The translations under genes were made by a program, and so were the position numbers. From the human T2T-CHM13v2.0 reference genome, Homo sapiens, in NCBI RefSeq assembly GCF_009914755.1, contig NC_060931.1: a stretch of 64,000 bases of DNA. One strand, written 5' to 3'. The notes under the pieces are model-generated. The model was not told the origin of the DNA. It was given only the letters and a program-made list of their open reading frames with translations, and did no database searches. Of this stretch, positions 43,620-58,575 are shown in pieces; within the stretch, counting starts at the first letter, position 1; each line of letters opens with the position of its first letter.

Positions 43620-46600
43620 TGCTATAGTTTGGATCTCCCCCCAAACCTCATGTTGAAATCTGATCACCAACATTGGAGGTGGAGTCTAATTGGGAGAATC
43701 TGGCTCATGAGGCAGATTCCTCCCTCATGAATGGCATGGTGCTGTCCTTGTGATAATCAGTGAGTTCTTGTTCTATTAGTTCCAGCAAAAGCTGGTTGTT
43801 AAAAGAGCCTAGTCCCTCCTCCTCGGTTTCTTGCTTCCTCTCTTGCCACGTGATCTCCACACATGACAGCTCCACTTTGCCTTCCACCATGAGTAGAAGA
43901 AGCCTGAGACTCTCACCAGGAACAGATGCTGGTGCCATGCTTCTTGTCCAGCCTGCAAAACTATCAGCCAAATAAACCCTTTTTTCTTTATAATTTACCC
44001 AGTCTTGGATATTCCTTTATAGCAATGCTAAATGAACTAAACCAAAAATCGATATCTAGGAGTTGGGGGGTTGTTAAAGATATCTGAATATTTGAAGGGA
44101 GCTTTGAAACTGGGTAATGGACATAGGTTGGATGAGTTTGGAGGGCTCAGAAGAAGACAGGAAGATGAGGAAAAGTTGGAAGTTCTTAGAGACTGGTTAA
44201 ATGGTTGTGACCAAAATGCTAATAGAAATATGGACAGTGTAGCCCAGGCTGATGAGGCCATAGCAAAGAACTTGGCTGCATTGTTTCCATGCTCCAGGTC
44301 TTTTGGGAAGGCCAAATTTAAGAGCAATGACATAGGGTATCTAGCGGAAGAAATCTCTAAGCTGCAAAGCACTCAAGAATTGGCATGCCTACTTTTAAGA
44401 GCTTACAATCAGATAAGGAAGCAAACAAATGACTTAAAGTTGGAATTTATAACTAAAAGGGAAGCAGAGCATAAAATTTTGCAGGTTGGTCATTTGATGG
44501 AGAAGAAAAGAGCATTCTTAGGATAGGAATCCCAGGCTGTTGCAGAACAACCACTTACTAGAGAGATTAGTACAGATAAAAGGGAATCAAATGTTAATAG
44601 AACAATGGGAAAAAGACCCCAAAGGCATTTCAAAATCTTTGAGTCCATCCCTCCCATCACTGGCTCAGAGACCTAAAATAACAGGATGCTTTCAGGGGAC
44701 AGGCCTGGGTCACGGCTACACTGCACCACCTTGGGATGCTACTCCTTAGGTTTTGACCACCCTAACTCTCACCATGGTTCAAAGAGCCCTAGGTACTACC
44801 TGGGCTGCTGCTCTGGAAGTTGCAAGCCATAAACCTTGGTGGCATTCATGTGGTGCTAAGTCTGTAGGTACTCAGAATGCAAGTGCCATGGAGGCTTGGC
44901 AAATTCCACCTAGATCTCAGAGGATATATTGGAAAGCCTGGGTGCCCGGGCAGAAGTCTGTCATGAGGTAGAGCCACTGAGAGAGCCTGTACTTGGGCAG
45001 TGCCTAGTACAGCTGTAAAAACAAAGGCACTACTCTCAGACTACAGAATTATAGAGCCATTGGTAGCATGCACCTTGTATTACTCCATTTTCACACTGCT
45101 GATAAAGACAGACCAGAGACTGGGCAATTTACAAAAGAGAGCTTATTTAGTTCCGTGTGGCTGGGGAGGCCTCACAATCCTGGCAGAAGGTGAAAGGCAT
45201 GTCTCACATGGCAGCAGACAAGAGAAGCGAGCTTGTGCAGGGAAACTACCCTTTATAAAACCATCAGATCTCATGAGACTTATTTACTATCACCAGCACA
45301 GGAAAGAGCTGCCCCTATGATTCAATTACCTCACCAGGTCCCTCCCACAGCACGTGGAAATTTAAGATGAGATTTGGGTGGGGACACAGCCAAACCATAT
45401 CATTCTTCCATAGCCCCTTACAAATCTCATGTCCTCACATTTCAAAACCAATCATGCCTTCCCAACAGTCCCCCAAATTCTTAGCTCATTTCAGCATTAA
45501 CTCAAAAGTCCACAGTCCAAAGTCTCATCCAAGACAAGGCAAGTGCCTTCCACCTATGAGCCTGTAAAATCAAAAGCAAGTTAGTTACTTCCTAGATACA
45601 CTGGGGATACAGGCATTGGGTAAATACAGCTATTTCAAATGGGAGAAATTGGCCAAAAGAAAGGGGCTATAGGCCCCATGCAAGTCCAAAATCCAGCAGG
45701 GCAGTCAAATCTTAAATCTCCAAAATGATCTCCTTTGATTCTGTGTCTCACATCCAGGTCATGCTGATGCAAAAAGTGGGCTCCCGTGGCCGTGGCTTTG
45801 CAGGGTATAGCCACATCACTTGCCTGCTTTCATGAGCTGTCATTGAGCTTCTGGCTTTTCCAGGTGCACAGTGCAAGCTGTTGGTGGATCTACGATTCTG
45901 AGGTCTGGAGGACAGTGGCCCTCTTCTCACAGCTCCACTAGGCAGTGCCCCAGTAGGGACTCTTTGTTGGGGCTCTGACCCCACATTTCCCTTCTGCACA
46001 GCCACAGCAGAGGTTCTCCATGGGGGCCCTGCCCCTGCAGCAAACTTCTGCCTGGGCATCCAAGTGTTTCCATACATCCTCTGAAACCTAGGCAGAGGTT
46101 CCCAAATCTAAATTCTTGACTTCTGTGCACCCACAGGCTGAACACCATGTGGAAGCTGCCAAGGCTTGGGGCTTGCACCCTCTGAAACAACGGCCCAAGC
46201 TGTACCTTGGTTCCTTTTGGTCATGGCTGGAGTGGCTGGGACATGCTACTAAGCCCCTAGGCTGCACACAGCACAAGGATCCTGGGTCTGGCCCAAAAAA
46301 CCATTTTTTTTCCTCCTAAATCTCTGGGCCTGTGATGAGAGGGACTGCTGCAAAGATCTCTGACATGCCCTGAAGACATTTTCCCCATTGTTTTAGTGAT
46401 TAACATTCGGCTCCTTGTTACTTATGCAAATTTCTTCAGCAGGCTTGAATTTTTCCTCAGAAAATGGGATTTTATTTTCTATCACATTGTCAGGCTGCAA
46501 ATTTTCCAAACTTTTATATTCTGTTTCCCTTTTAAAACTGAATGTCTTTAACAGCACCCAAGTCACCTCTTGAATGCTTTGCAGCTTAGAAATTTCTTCT

Positions 46601-48191
46601 ACCAGATACCCTAAATCATCTCTCTCAAGTTCAAAGTTCCATAAATCTCTAGGACAGGGGAAAAATGCCACCAGTCTCTTTGCTAAAACATAACAAGAGT
46701 CACCTTTGCTCCAGTTCCCAACAAGTTCCTCTGCTCCATCTGAGACCACCTCAGCCTGGATTTCATTGTCCATATCATTATCAGCATTTTGGTCAAAGCC
46801 ATTCAACAAGTCTCTCTGGAGTTCCAAACTTTCCCACATTTTCCTGTCTTCTTCTGAGCCCTCCAAACTGTTCCAACCCCTTCTTGTTACCCATTTCCAA
46901 AGTCACTTCCACATTTTCAGGTATCTTTTCAGCAGTGCCTCACTCTATTGGTACCAATTTACTGTATAAGTCCATTTTCATACTGCTGATAAAGACATAC
47001 AAAGACTGGGCAATTTACAAAAGAAAGAGGTTTAATGGATTTACAGATCCATGTGGCTGGGGAGGCCCCACAATCATGGTGGAATTTGAAAGGCATGTCT
47101 CACATAGTGGCAGACAAGAAAAGAGGGTTCGTGCAGGGAAACTCTCCTTTATAAAACCATCAGATCTTGTGAGACTTACTCACTATCATGAGAAGAGTAT
47201 GGGAAAGACATCTGTCCCCATGATTCAATTACCTCTCACTGGGTCCCTCCCACAACACATAGGAATTCAAGGTGAGATTTGCTTGGGGACATTGCCAAAC
47301 CATATCACTCCTTCAGCCTGAAAAAGCCATTGATGTTTCTTCCCACTCATGAAAGCAGCCACATGGAGTACACCCGGCAAAGCTATTGGGGCACTGCTGC
47401 CTGAGGTCTTGAAACCCAGTCCTTGAACTAGTCCACAGAATGCAGGACATGAAGTTAAGGATTATTTTGGAGCTTTAAAATTTAATGTCATCCTTCCTGG
47501 GTTTTAGACTTGTGTGAGGCCTGTTACCCTTTTCTCTGGGCTGATTTATGCTTTTTGGAATAGGAATCTTTTACCCAATGCCTGTACAACCTTGGTATCT
47601 TGGAAGTAAATAACTTTTTTTTTTATTTTACGTGAACATAGCTGGAAGAGACTTGTCTCAGATGAAACTTTGGACTTTGGACTTTTGCTAGAACAAGTTA
47701 AGACTTTGGGGGATTGAAAAGGAATTATTATATCTTGCAATGTGAGGAGGACATTATTTCTAGGAGCCCAAGAACAGAGTGCTATAGTTTGGATGTTTGT
47801 TCTCTCAAATCTCATGGTGAAATTTGATGTCCACTGTTGGAGATGGGGCTTAATGGGAGGCTTTGAAGCCACAGAGGTGGATCCCTCATGAATAGATTAG
47901 TGCCCTCCCTGAGGCAAGTCGCAGGGATGGAAGTGAACTGCGGTGAGAACTGGTCATTAAAAATAACCTGGCACCTTGCTCCCTTCTCTCTTGCTTTCTC
48001 TCTCACCATATGAAGAGAGAATTTCTGCACATCTGGCTCCCCTTAGTCTTCTGCCATGAGTGGAAGCAGCCTGAAGCTTTCATCAGATGCCCAATCTTTC
48101 AGCCAGTGGAATTATGAGCAAAATAAACCTTTTTTTTCTTTATATACCCAGCCTCAGGTATTCTTTATAGCAACACAAATGGACTAAGACA
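43620..48191 (+). mobile_element. Full-length MST (MSTB-like) MaLR: 5' LTR 43620-44044, internal 44045-45075 and 47308-47779, 3' LTR 47780-48191
   Basis: Both LTRs start TGCTATAGTTTGGAT; 3' LTR ends GGACTAAGACA; TSD AAGGT at 43615-43619 and 48192-48196; MaLR ORF remnant at 44071-44526. Confidence 0.92.
45076..47307 (-). mobile_element. Full-length THE1B nested in MST internal: 5' LTR 46963-47307, internal 45403-46962, 3' LTR 45076-45402
   Basis: Two LTRs TGTATT(A)..CTGCTGATAAAGACA..GGGCAATTTACAAAAG..CAAACCATATCA; TSD CACCT/CTCCT; ORF remnant 46393-46866 (EEDRKMWESLEL..). Confidence 0.93.
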
Positions 48192-49499
48192 AAGGTTAAA
48201 GACATTTTTAAAATTTAAACACCATTGACAACTTTTTTTTTAATTTAAAACTAAATTTGAAGCATTTCTCTAGAGGGCAGAATTAGCCGGTAATTATGGT
48301 TGAGAGAATGATTCAGTGCCTTCTTGTTTAGTCCAGTACTATCACATTTTAGTTGCTGCTGTTGACACCTTGAGACAATCAAAAACAGAAAGTGGAAAAA
48401 TACTTTATTAAAATTCCATCTTAAATTTCTTTCTCTGAAAGACATCCTGAGGTCATCAATGACTCTTGTATTTGAATATTTCCATCCAGCATCTAGAACA
48501 TTAAATATACCAGGACTTCTAGCTATCTAAAATAATAATCCTTGTATTTCAGGCAGTATGGCTTAGAAGATAAGGAAGTGCATTCGATTTCAAAGTTACA
48601 ATAATGTACAAGATAAATAGGATATTACTAGAGTTATAGCCTACAATGTAATTCATTATTTAGAACCACATAACATTTATTGTGAAATTTCCAAATTCTG
48701 TAATGATCAATTTATAAGGTATTGTCAGTATTATTGCATTATAGTAGTTTTCAAGGCTTAACTTTTATATTCCTAGAGTGCTCACTGTGTTGAATTCATT
48801 ATAAAGACAATGTTCCAACATATATAAAGAAAAAGTAGAAGAGACAAGTCAACATACTGCCCTCATATTTTGGAACATTTTCTTGCAGTCTTAGCCTATT
48901 CCGTGCATTTACAGTTCTGTATCCTCCCTTAATACTAATTTAATTAGCTACTTCCATATTTTTTAATTTAAATTTTATTTTATTTTGTAATTTTAAAAAC
49001 AAAGTTGAAAAATAGTCTTAGGAATACTTCAAACTGTTGGTTATTATATATTTCTGGTTATAAGTCTTTTTTTCATAAACAAAAAGTCTGAAAGAAGATT
49101 ACACAAACATGGTAAAAAAAAAAAAAAACAGAAAAAACTGCTTTACTCACCATTACACACAGATAAAATTTATAAACTATGACTCTGGATTCTTATTTAT
49201 CTTTTCAGAAAGAAGCAATCTATAAACTATCCTTTCTTCTAGGAATGCTTTGACATTGACATTCCTGACCAGGTTTCTATGACGCATTGCTTCAGTATAC
49301 TGATCCAGTATTAGATCCAATACTGATCTGATTTGTGTGGTCATTAGTAAGTCATACTGAATTACTATTTATAAGACAAATTTTCATTAACATGATAAAA
49401 ATTAAGTTTCAACTGAGAATTAAAAAATGAATAAAAGAGAAAAATAAAGGATTAGATAATAAATACTACTTAATTCAACATGAATATTCATATTCAGTA

Positions 49500-49568
49500 A
49501 ATTATGCTAAAATATTCATGTTAAATAAAATATGCTAAAATATTTATATTTAAAAATATGCTAAAATA
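49500..49568. repeat. AT-rich short tandem repeat (three ATGCTAAAATA cores, period about 26-28)
   Basis: TATGCTAAAATA occurs three times. Confidence 0.8.
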
Positions 49569-50113
49569 AGGTCATTTCAAAGACATTAAAACAAACTGGC
49601 CTCCTAGAGTCATTCCAGACTGATGAGGAGAAGCTCATAGATCACTCATCATCCTTTGCTCAATGATAGCTTTGATTGATAGCATAAGATATCATCTTTG
49701 TATTTTATCTTGTTTAAATCTAAAGTCACACATCATAATATATTTCTATGTTAGCCACTTAGTGTAAGTAAAATAGTATATTTATGTTAGAGACTAAAAA
49801 TTTATCATAACATCCCCCTAATCGGCATGCAATCCTTAAAGTGCGGCATCAACCTTATAAAGGGGAAAACGGATTACCTGCATACACATACGCGTACAAA
49901 TATTCATACATCCACAAATTTGGATTCAGACTCATCTGAATTTTCAGCCTTGTGCTTTCCAGTCATACTGTTTCTTCTTTATATGAGAAGGCATAAGCAT
50001 GAATATAACCATTCTTTTTGTGTTTGTTTTTGTTTTTAAACTCTTCTGTATCTAAGAGGTAAAAATAGATTCTTTTAAAAATCCCCTAATTAATAATAGT
50101 AATAACCAAGGTA

Positions 50114-50205
50114 TGTACCCATGTGTAAGCAAATTATTGTAAGAAACTTCAGAATATTCTGTACCAATGTGTAAACATGTCATTGTAAGAAACTTCAAAA
50201 TATTC
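50114..50205. repeat. 46-bp tandem duplication
   Basis: TGTACC(C/A)ATGTGTAA..ATTGTAAGAAACTTCA(G/A)AATATTC at 50114-50159 and 50160-50205. Confidence 0.9.
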
Positions 50206-50407
50206 TGAAGTAAACTTACAGTAACAACACCCATAAACTAATGTGTTCTGTGACAACTTAGAAAGCAATTCTTTTTCTGTGTGACATTTCATATAAACAT
50301 GGTACCTTAATCCAAGTTTTATGATTTACTTACAATTATAATTTATTGACCAACATATTTTTTAAATAGACCATTTAATAACCGTATTACAATATGAATA
50401 ATATCTA

Positions 50408-50680
<273 letters not shown>

Positions 50681-52406
50681 TTATGCCTTTGAATAATGCA
50701 GGAAAGTATTTAGAGTATAGATGATGAATTAACTAGTTGATAAGAGCAGTATACTAATGAGATTTTGGTTCCTTTACACTTCATTTAGTTTTGCATATCT
50801 TTTGCATATCTCAAAAATATACCCTTAAATCTTCAGACTGTGTGTCTTGGATTTCTATGTGTAATGTGCATGTGTATGTAGGTGTGTGAGAGACAGGAGT
50901 GAGCACACTGAATTAAGGTAAATGATCCTTATATCAAGAGCTATAAGTACATGTGTTTCTTACACTGGATTGATAGTACTGTTTATTTGAAAATGACATT
51001 TAACCATATTGCTTGTTAATTAAGTCACAACATTCTCTAAATCTAAAGTCTATTATGGTCTCCATTATATCATGTACAATTCTATAATTGATAAAATAAT
51101 TTTAGTAGGTCTTTTCAGCAAATTTACCAGTGCTGATTCCAGGAATTAAACCTACTTATTCGATTGCTGTCCTGTGGCCTCAAAAAAAAAAAAAAAAGTC
51201 ACTAAACTGCAACGCATCTTACTAACTTGATATAATAAAAGCATCATATGTGTATCATAGAGCAGATATAGTAAAACAAAACATTCTTTTCCATTTTGGA
51301 AATTATTAAGAAACCAAATTTGATAGGTAGAGTGAATCCATGCGGAAAGCTCAGATAAAACAGTAAAACAATATAGATAGTGCTGCTCTGTAGAATTTTG
51401 ATCCTGTTAAAATTTCTCTGCAGAATGTTACATAACTATCATCAATGACTGCTACACTGTTCACATTACAATAGCTACATTGTGTGACAAATGGAGAGTA
51501 TATCTGTTTCAAGCATGCAATGTCCTATTAAAAGACTGATGCTTGGCCGTTATTCAGGCATCTCATTTCTCTCCTCAAAGTTAAAACACATATGTCATGA
51601 TATTACTATTAATATTTCATGATTATACCACTACTTTTTCCTAATAAAATTATTTAGCATTTACTATGTCTAATTTTTACTTACCCAAAATTTATTTACA
51701 CAAAATTTTATTTTGATGTTAATGTGATTAATCAAATACTATTTTGCTATGCCATCATTACTACTGATTACAGCATTTGCAAATATCTAAGGTAAGTCAT
51801 TACAAGGAGGCCATTTTCAGGCATTTCTACTGTACCACAACGGTGGTGGGTTTTTGCTACCATAAATTTGTAATTTGTTAATGTAAACTAAAATATTTTA
51901 AGAGAACCCTTAAGTTCAATCTATATAAGCATGCTGATTTATAGTCAGTGAGCTATAGCAAAACAAGAAGCTAAGAGGCTTTAGAGAGAAGAGACTGGTG
52001 AGGTGGAAGTACATGGATGAGAAGAGCAGTAGAAAACCAAGATTTAACCAAGTTAAATCACAATCACGTGAATTTTTAATCTTAAAATCAATGTTCTTGA
52101 AACAGCAAACTGTAGAAAACGTTCTCTTTTCCACTAGGAAGTGCAAGAAATGGAGGAGGAAAAATGTTTACGAGTTACTGGGCACTCCTAATGAGAAGAA
52201 GATAATAGTGCTCCTTTTTTCTGCCTCTAGAGTAGAGGTGTTACCCATCACTATTGTCAAACCCTGTGGTCCAGTTTAATGAGTGCTCTCCTGAGTGGCT
52301 TTGATTAGCAAGATATTCTTTAAGTAAGTCTTCCTTCCTTTCTAGAGTATGATTCATGAGCTTTACAGAGAAGTTCATATGCTTATGAGAATTCCATGCA
52401 ATAAAT

Positions 52407-52426
52407 ATGTGTGTGTGTGTGTGTGT
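52407..52426 (+). repeat. (TG)10 microsatellite
   Basis: Direct reading. Confidence 0.9.
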
Positions 52427-52706
52427 GGAAAGGAACAAAGAATTGATGTTGGTGAGGAGGCAGTAGCCAAGTGAGCAAACACAAATAGAGATAATTAGTA
52501 ACAATGAAAGATGAAATAATGACTACAGGATGAGTGGAGTTCATTAATTTTCCCTATTTCAGGCTTTAGCACCATTTAGCTGGAGAAAATATACATGGTT
52601 CAAATGACAGTAAAATATTTTAGTCTGTTTAAGATGCATTTATTCAACAACTATTTATTGTTTACCTATGGTATTTCAGGCATTGTGATCTCGGATAAAC
52701 TTACTT

Positions 52707-52774
52707 TTCAAACTTTCTGATAAACATGAATTTTAGGACTTCCAAACATCCTGATAAACATGAATTTTAGCTCT
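52707..52774. repeat. 34-bp tandem duplication
   Basis: CTGATAAACATGAATTTTAG occurs twice at 34-bp spacing. Confidence 0.85.
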
Positions 52775-52779
52775 TTTGC

Positions 52780-52862
52780 TTTTTTTTTGGAAACAGGGTC
52801 TTATACTGTTGCCTAGTGAGTGCAATGGTGTGATCACAGCTTACTGCATCCTGGAACTCCCC
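52780..52862 (-). mobile_element. Old Alu monomer fragment (AluJ/FRAM-like)
   Basis: T-run followed by GGAAACAGGGTCTTATACTGTTGCCTAG..GTGCAATGGTGTGATCACAGCTTACTGCA. Confidence 0.75.
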
Positions 52863-55800
52863 TGCTCATGCCCTTCTCCCACCAGCCTCCTCTGCTTTTT
52901 GTACTTAGTATCTTGTGAGTTCAATTTTTGAAAAATGTATAAAAGGTGGATGGAACGTTGTAATAAAAAAACACCCATGTAACTTAAAAATACACGAAGA
53001 AACTTTGAATTCAAATGTTTTACTTTGGAAATCAGACAGAGAAGCATTCCTACAGGGCTACATTTTCTCTTTGAAAGAACACCTGCTCAGCCCATTTGCC
53101 ACACCTGAGAGATGCCTAGGCTATTTACATATCACGTTAACAATTTCAAAGATCTACAACCACCATAGGGATCAAAATTCTTTCCTGAGTCATTTTCTCA
53201 AAACAAGATCTATATTTACTAATTATTATGTAAGAAAATATTAATTGGGGAAGTAGTTGAAAGTATTGTAATTTCTCATCTAGTTTCTATGTGAGGTTCC
53301 AATATGAAAAACACATGAGTGGAAATTTGGAATAATTTTTACCAAGAAGAAAAAAATTGTCTTTACTGCAAAAATAATATAATATGAAAACAAAGATTAT
53401 AACAATTATTACACATCATTTCATCTGTTGGCACCTAGGCCTTAATGCTTAAGAAGAAACACTTCAATAATTTTTGGTTGTTTATTTTTACTATTTTAAA
53501 CAACTTTCTTTCAGATACTGTGATTAACAATGTTTTGGTTCAATAATCTTAATACTATGTTCAGAATTATTAGTTTAATATCAGCATAAGTTAGTTTATA
53601 ATCAATACTCCAGGGGCAATTTTGTGGTCTTATGCAAAAAGTAAGATGATGAATGCATTTATGCTCTTTTCAACTTGGATTCTTTTTCCCAAAATTAGTA
53701 AAACTCTGTACTCTTCTTATTGCCTTAATTTGAGTAGATCAAATGGCAGTTACCCAGAGAATACCAGAGAATCCATAAAAGAAAAAGAGATAGGTACAAT
53801 ACACTCTCTCAAAAAAAAAAAATAGCTATACCTGGAGCTATAAAACTGGAACTAAATATTTTATAAGGAATATAAGAAAGACATCAACCTTTTTAGAAAT
53901 ATATCCAATAAAGACAATGCTTAAAACAAACTGAAGAATTACAAAAAACCACGTAGACTAAGAATTACGAAAATTTTTAAAACCAATATAGGACACAAAC
54001 ATTGAGAGACACAACAGAATAGCTAATGCATTTGGAAATCACAAGAAATAAACCCAGAATTGGTCAAAAAGAAGGCAACATCCCTACATATACTAGAACA
54101 AGTTTTACTGCAATTTCTTAGTAAAAAGGGAATCTGCAAACCCACTGTTACACATAATTATGTTCAGTTGATTGCAAAGTAAAATTTATAGTTTTCATTC
54201 CATAATGACTAAACATAAACATAATTCTTTATAGATTCCTAATAAAATAATCTTCCCAGGCATATTTGCAATGATGACCCCTGTGTTATTATTCTAGCCA
54301 AATTCTGGTGCCAGGAGTAGGAAGACAAAATAAGCAGATACTTCTCACAGGCTATTGTTTTTAACAAGGCTTATTTTTGTTTGGGTGCTCTACTTATTAC
54401 ATATGCATGCCTGATCTCTTGTGAAACTAAAGCCTTATAGGAATGTCAAGGTTAGAAGGGAGGCTCTGTAATTTTCCATTAGTCATCAGTTAGTAGATTC
54501 AAGCAGCAGAGAGTGTCTTTTGATAGGTTTACCTAGCCGGTGCCAAAGTCTGTTCAAATGTCCCCTAATGTTACTTACTTTTGTATTTGTGACTCAAAAT
54601 ACTACTGCCAAGGATTCTATGAGCTTTTCAAAACATTTCAATAAAAATAGGTTTGCAAATGCAATAGGAATGATTATATTAAGGAAAAAGTTCAAATAAA
54701 TCTATAAACGAGTGGGGAAAAATGTACTTCCACGTAGATCATTAATTCTTAATAATGAGGATAATAAAAGTAAGACACTGATGATATACTATATACTTAA
54801 CATTAGCTATGGGAAAATGATTAGCCAGTAAAAATACACAAAACACCAATCTGCACGATGAGCACATTCCGAGCAAAAGGTAGAGCAGAAATGAACCAAA
54901 ATGGCAGGAAGAACAAGCCAGGAAAGTCGGAAGAAGAACAAGGATTACAGAATCCTGGCAAAGTGTTTACAGTTGGATTCTCTTGCAGAAGACATCAGTA
55001 CCCACTTAAATGGCCATTTCGGCAAAACTCTGGCCCATATGCCTAGGGTCAGGCAGTGAAGGGGTAAAACCTACAACAGATGTGACCAGCTAAACAAAAG
55101 GGTACACTTGTGTGGAATTAATCCACCAAGTCTGCAGGACACAATTCTCATTTTTTTTTTCTAGTGTCTAACAGCATTCTCAAATTCCTTCTTTCAAGTA
55201 TGTCATAGCTGCTATTATCATCTGATATCAGCTCTTTAAAGCTACTGCAACTTTGTCTGTTGGTTCCTAGGAATCAGTCTGTGTCTACTATCTGTTTCAA
55301 AATTTTGGATATCACACATGCCCATTTTCTGTCTTCTGAGTCTCTTTGTCCAATTATTCTTAAAATAAATCAGAAAATGACTAATAGTAAACATGAAAGA
55401 GAATTTAAGACAGATAACAACATTTTCATGATATTTACTACATGTATTCTATTTAAAAGTGATATCAAAATTATTTATGATCAGATCAAGCCAGGTATAC
55501 AGGAGAAAATACAGCTACCCAAATATAGAGTCAAAGAGTCAAGTTCCATTAATTATTCACCCCTTTATTTTATTTTTCATAAAAGTGATTTATTTCAAAT
55601 TATAGTAATATTAACATGTATTTCAAAGCCAACATATCATTTCTCTATTTTATGAAACGATATTGTGAAAATACTGCAATGAATGAGAAAGACACAAAGA
55701 CACAAAAAGGGGCTTTAAAATTTACCCAGGTACTCAAGGTCAGAAGAGGCAATAGGCACAAATTCCAGGAAAACTGTTTGGGCAACAGAGATCAGAAAAG

Positions 55801-56084
55801 AAAGTAAAAAACCTAGGCAACATAGGCCAACCAAAGGCAAATCTTGTACACGATTAAAATTTAGAACCCAAGTCTGAATATTAATGGGAATTATAGGATA
55901 CCAACATCAAATAGGGCCCTGAACTAATGAATTGGATTTGTAACTTTATTGTTTGAGGAAAAGAAAGTAAAGAGTTTTGAGCCTCATAAATGAAAAGCCA
56001 AGACAAATCAGAACCTCCATGCTGAAAGACAATGTAAGATAAAGAGAAAAAAATAGATTCTAATACTTTATCTAAGAACAAATT

Positions 56085-57030
<946 letters not shown>

Positions 57031-57390
57031 ATGAAATTTCCATGTACCCCATGCCCAGTTTCCCTATAACAGCTTACATTAGCAACGTACATTTGTTACA
57101 ATTAATGAACCAATAACGATACATTGGCCATACTTTATTCTGGTTCCCTTAGTCTGTACTTAATATACTCTTCCTGTTTCGGGATTCCATCCAAGAAGTA
57201 TTATTACATTTAATTGTCATGTCTTCTTAGCCATGAAACTGTGACAGTTTCTCAGACTTCCACTCTTCCACTCTTTTTGACGACCCTCACAGTTTTGAAG
57301 AGTTCTGGTTATTTTGTAAAATAATTTGGTATTTTGTAAAATGTCCCTCACTTGGGATTTGTCTAATGTTTTCCTCATGACTAGATTGGG

Positions 57391-57900
57391 TGTGATGGTT
57401 AATTTTATATGTCAACTTGGGTGAGTCATGGTGCCCAAACGTATAATCAAACATTATTCTGGATGTTTCTGTGTGGTGTTGCTTGGATGAAGCTTATATT
57501 TAAATCAGTGGACTTTGAGTAAAGCAGATTGCCCTCCAATAATGTGGGTGGGCTTCATGCAATCAGTAGAAGGTCTGAATAGAACAGAAGTCTGCACCCC
57601 ACAGCAACAGGGAATTCTGCTAACAGATGGTTTTTGGACTTCAACTGTAACATTGGCTCTGAGTTTCCATCCTGACTGCCTTTGTACTGGAACTGCTACT
57701 CTTTCCTGAATCTCCAGCCTACCAGCCTCCCCCTTCAGATTTTGGACTCACCAAGCCTCCATAATCATGTGAGCCAATTTCTTAATATAAACCTCTCTCT
57801 CTATCTCTCATACACAGACACAGACACAGACACACACACACACACACACACACAGACACACACATTCTATTGGTCTATTTCTCTGGAGAATCCTAACCAA
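57391..57900 (+). mobile_element. MLT2 (C/D-like) solo LTR with (CA)n at about 57812-57864
   Basis: Starts TGTGATGGTTAATTTTATATGTCAACTTGG; ends TATTGGTCTATTTCTCTGGAGAATCCTAAC. Confidence 0.9.
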
Positions 57901-58132
57901 TCTTAGGGAGGAAGACTCAGAAATCTTGGGGAGAATCCTAACCAGTCTTGGGGAGGAAGACTCAGGAAAAAAAAAGTGTCATTCTCATCACACTATATCT
58001 ATGGTACATAATATAAACATGACTTATCCCTGTTGTCAACCTTGATTATCTGGCTGAGGTAGTATGGGTCAATTTCTAAACTGTGTTTACCATTTCCCCC
58101 CTTTCTATACTGTGTTCTTTGGAAGGAAATCA

Positions 58133-58575
<443 letters not shown>

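Noticed and set aside
44071-47321. ORFs of 151, 157 and 218 aa
   Set aside because: MaLR internal remnants or their antisense; truncated and typical of the family, not host genes.
49610-49660. CTGATGA followed by a small GAG..CTC stem, resembling a hammerhead ribozyme core
   Set aside because: The required GAAA after stem II is absent (ATAG) and I could not pair stems I or III.
54858-55655. 62-aa and 131-aa ORFs in unique sequence
   Set aside because: No domain similarity or splice context; the longer one has a non-ATG start and AT-rich composition.
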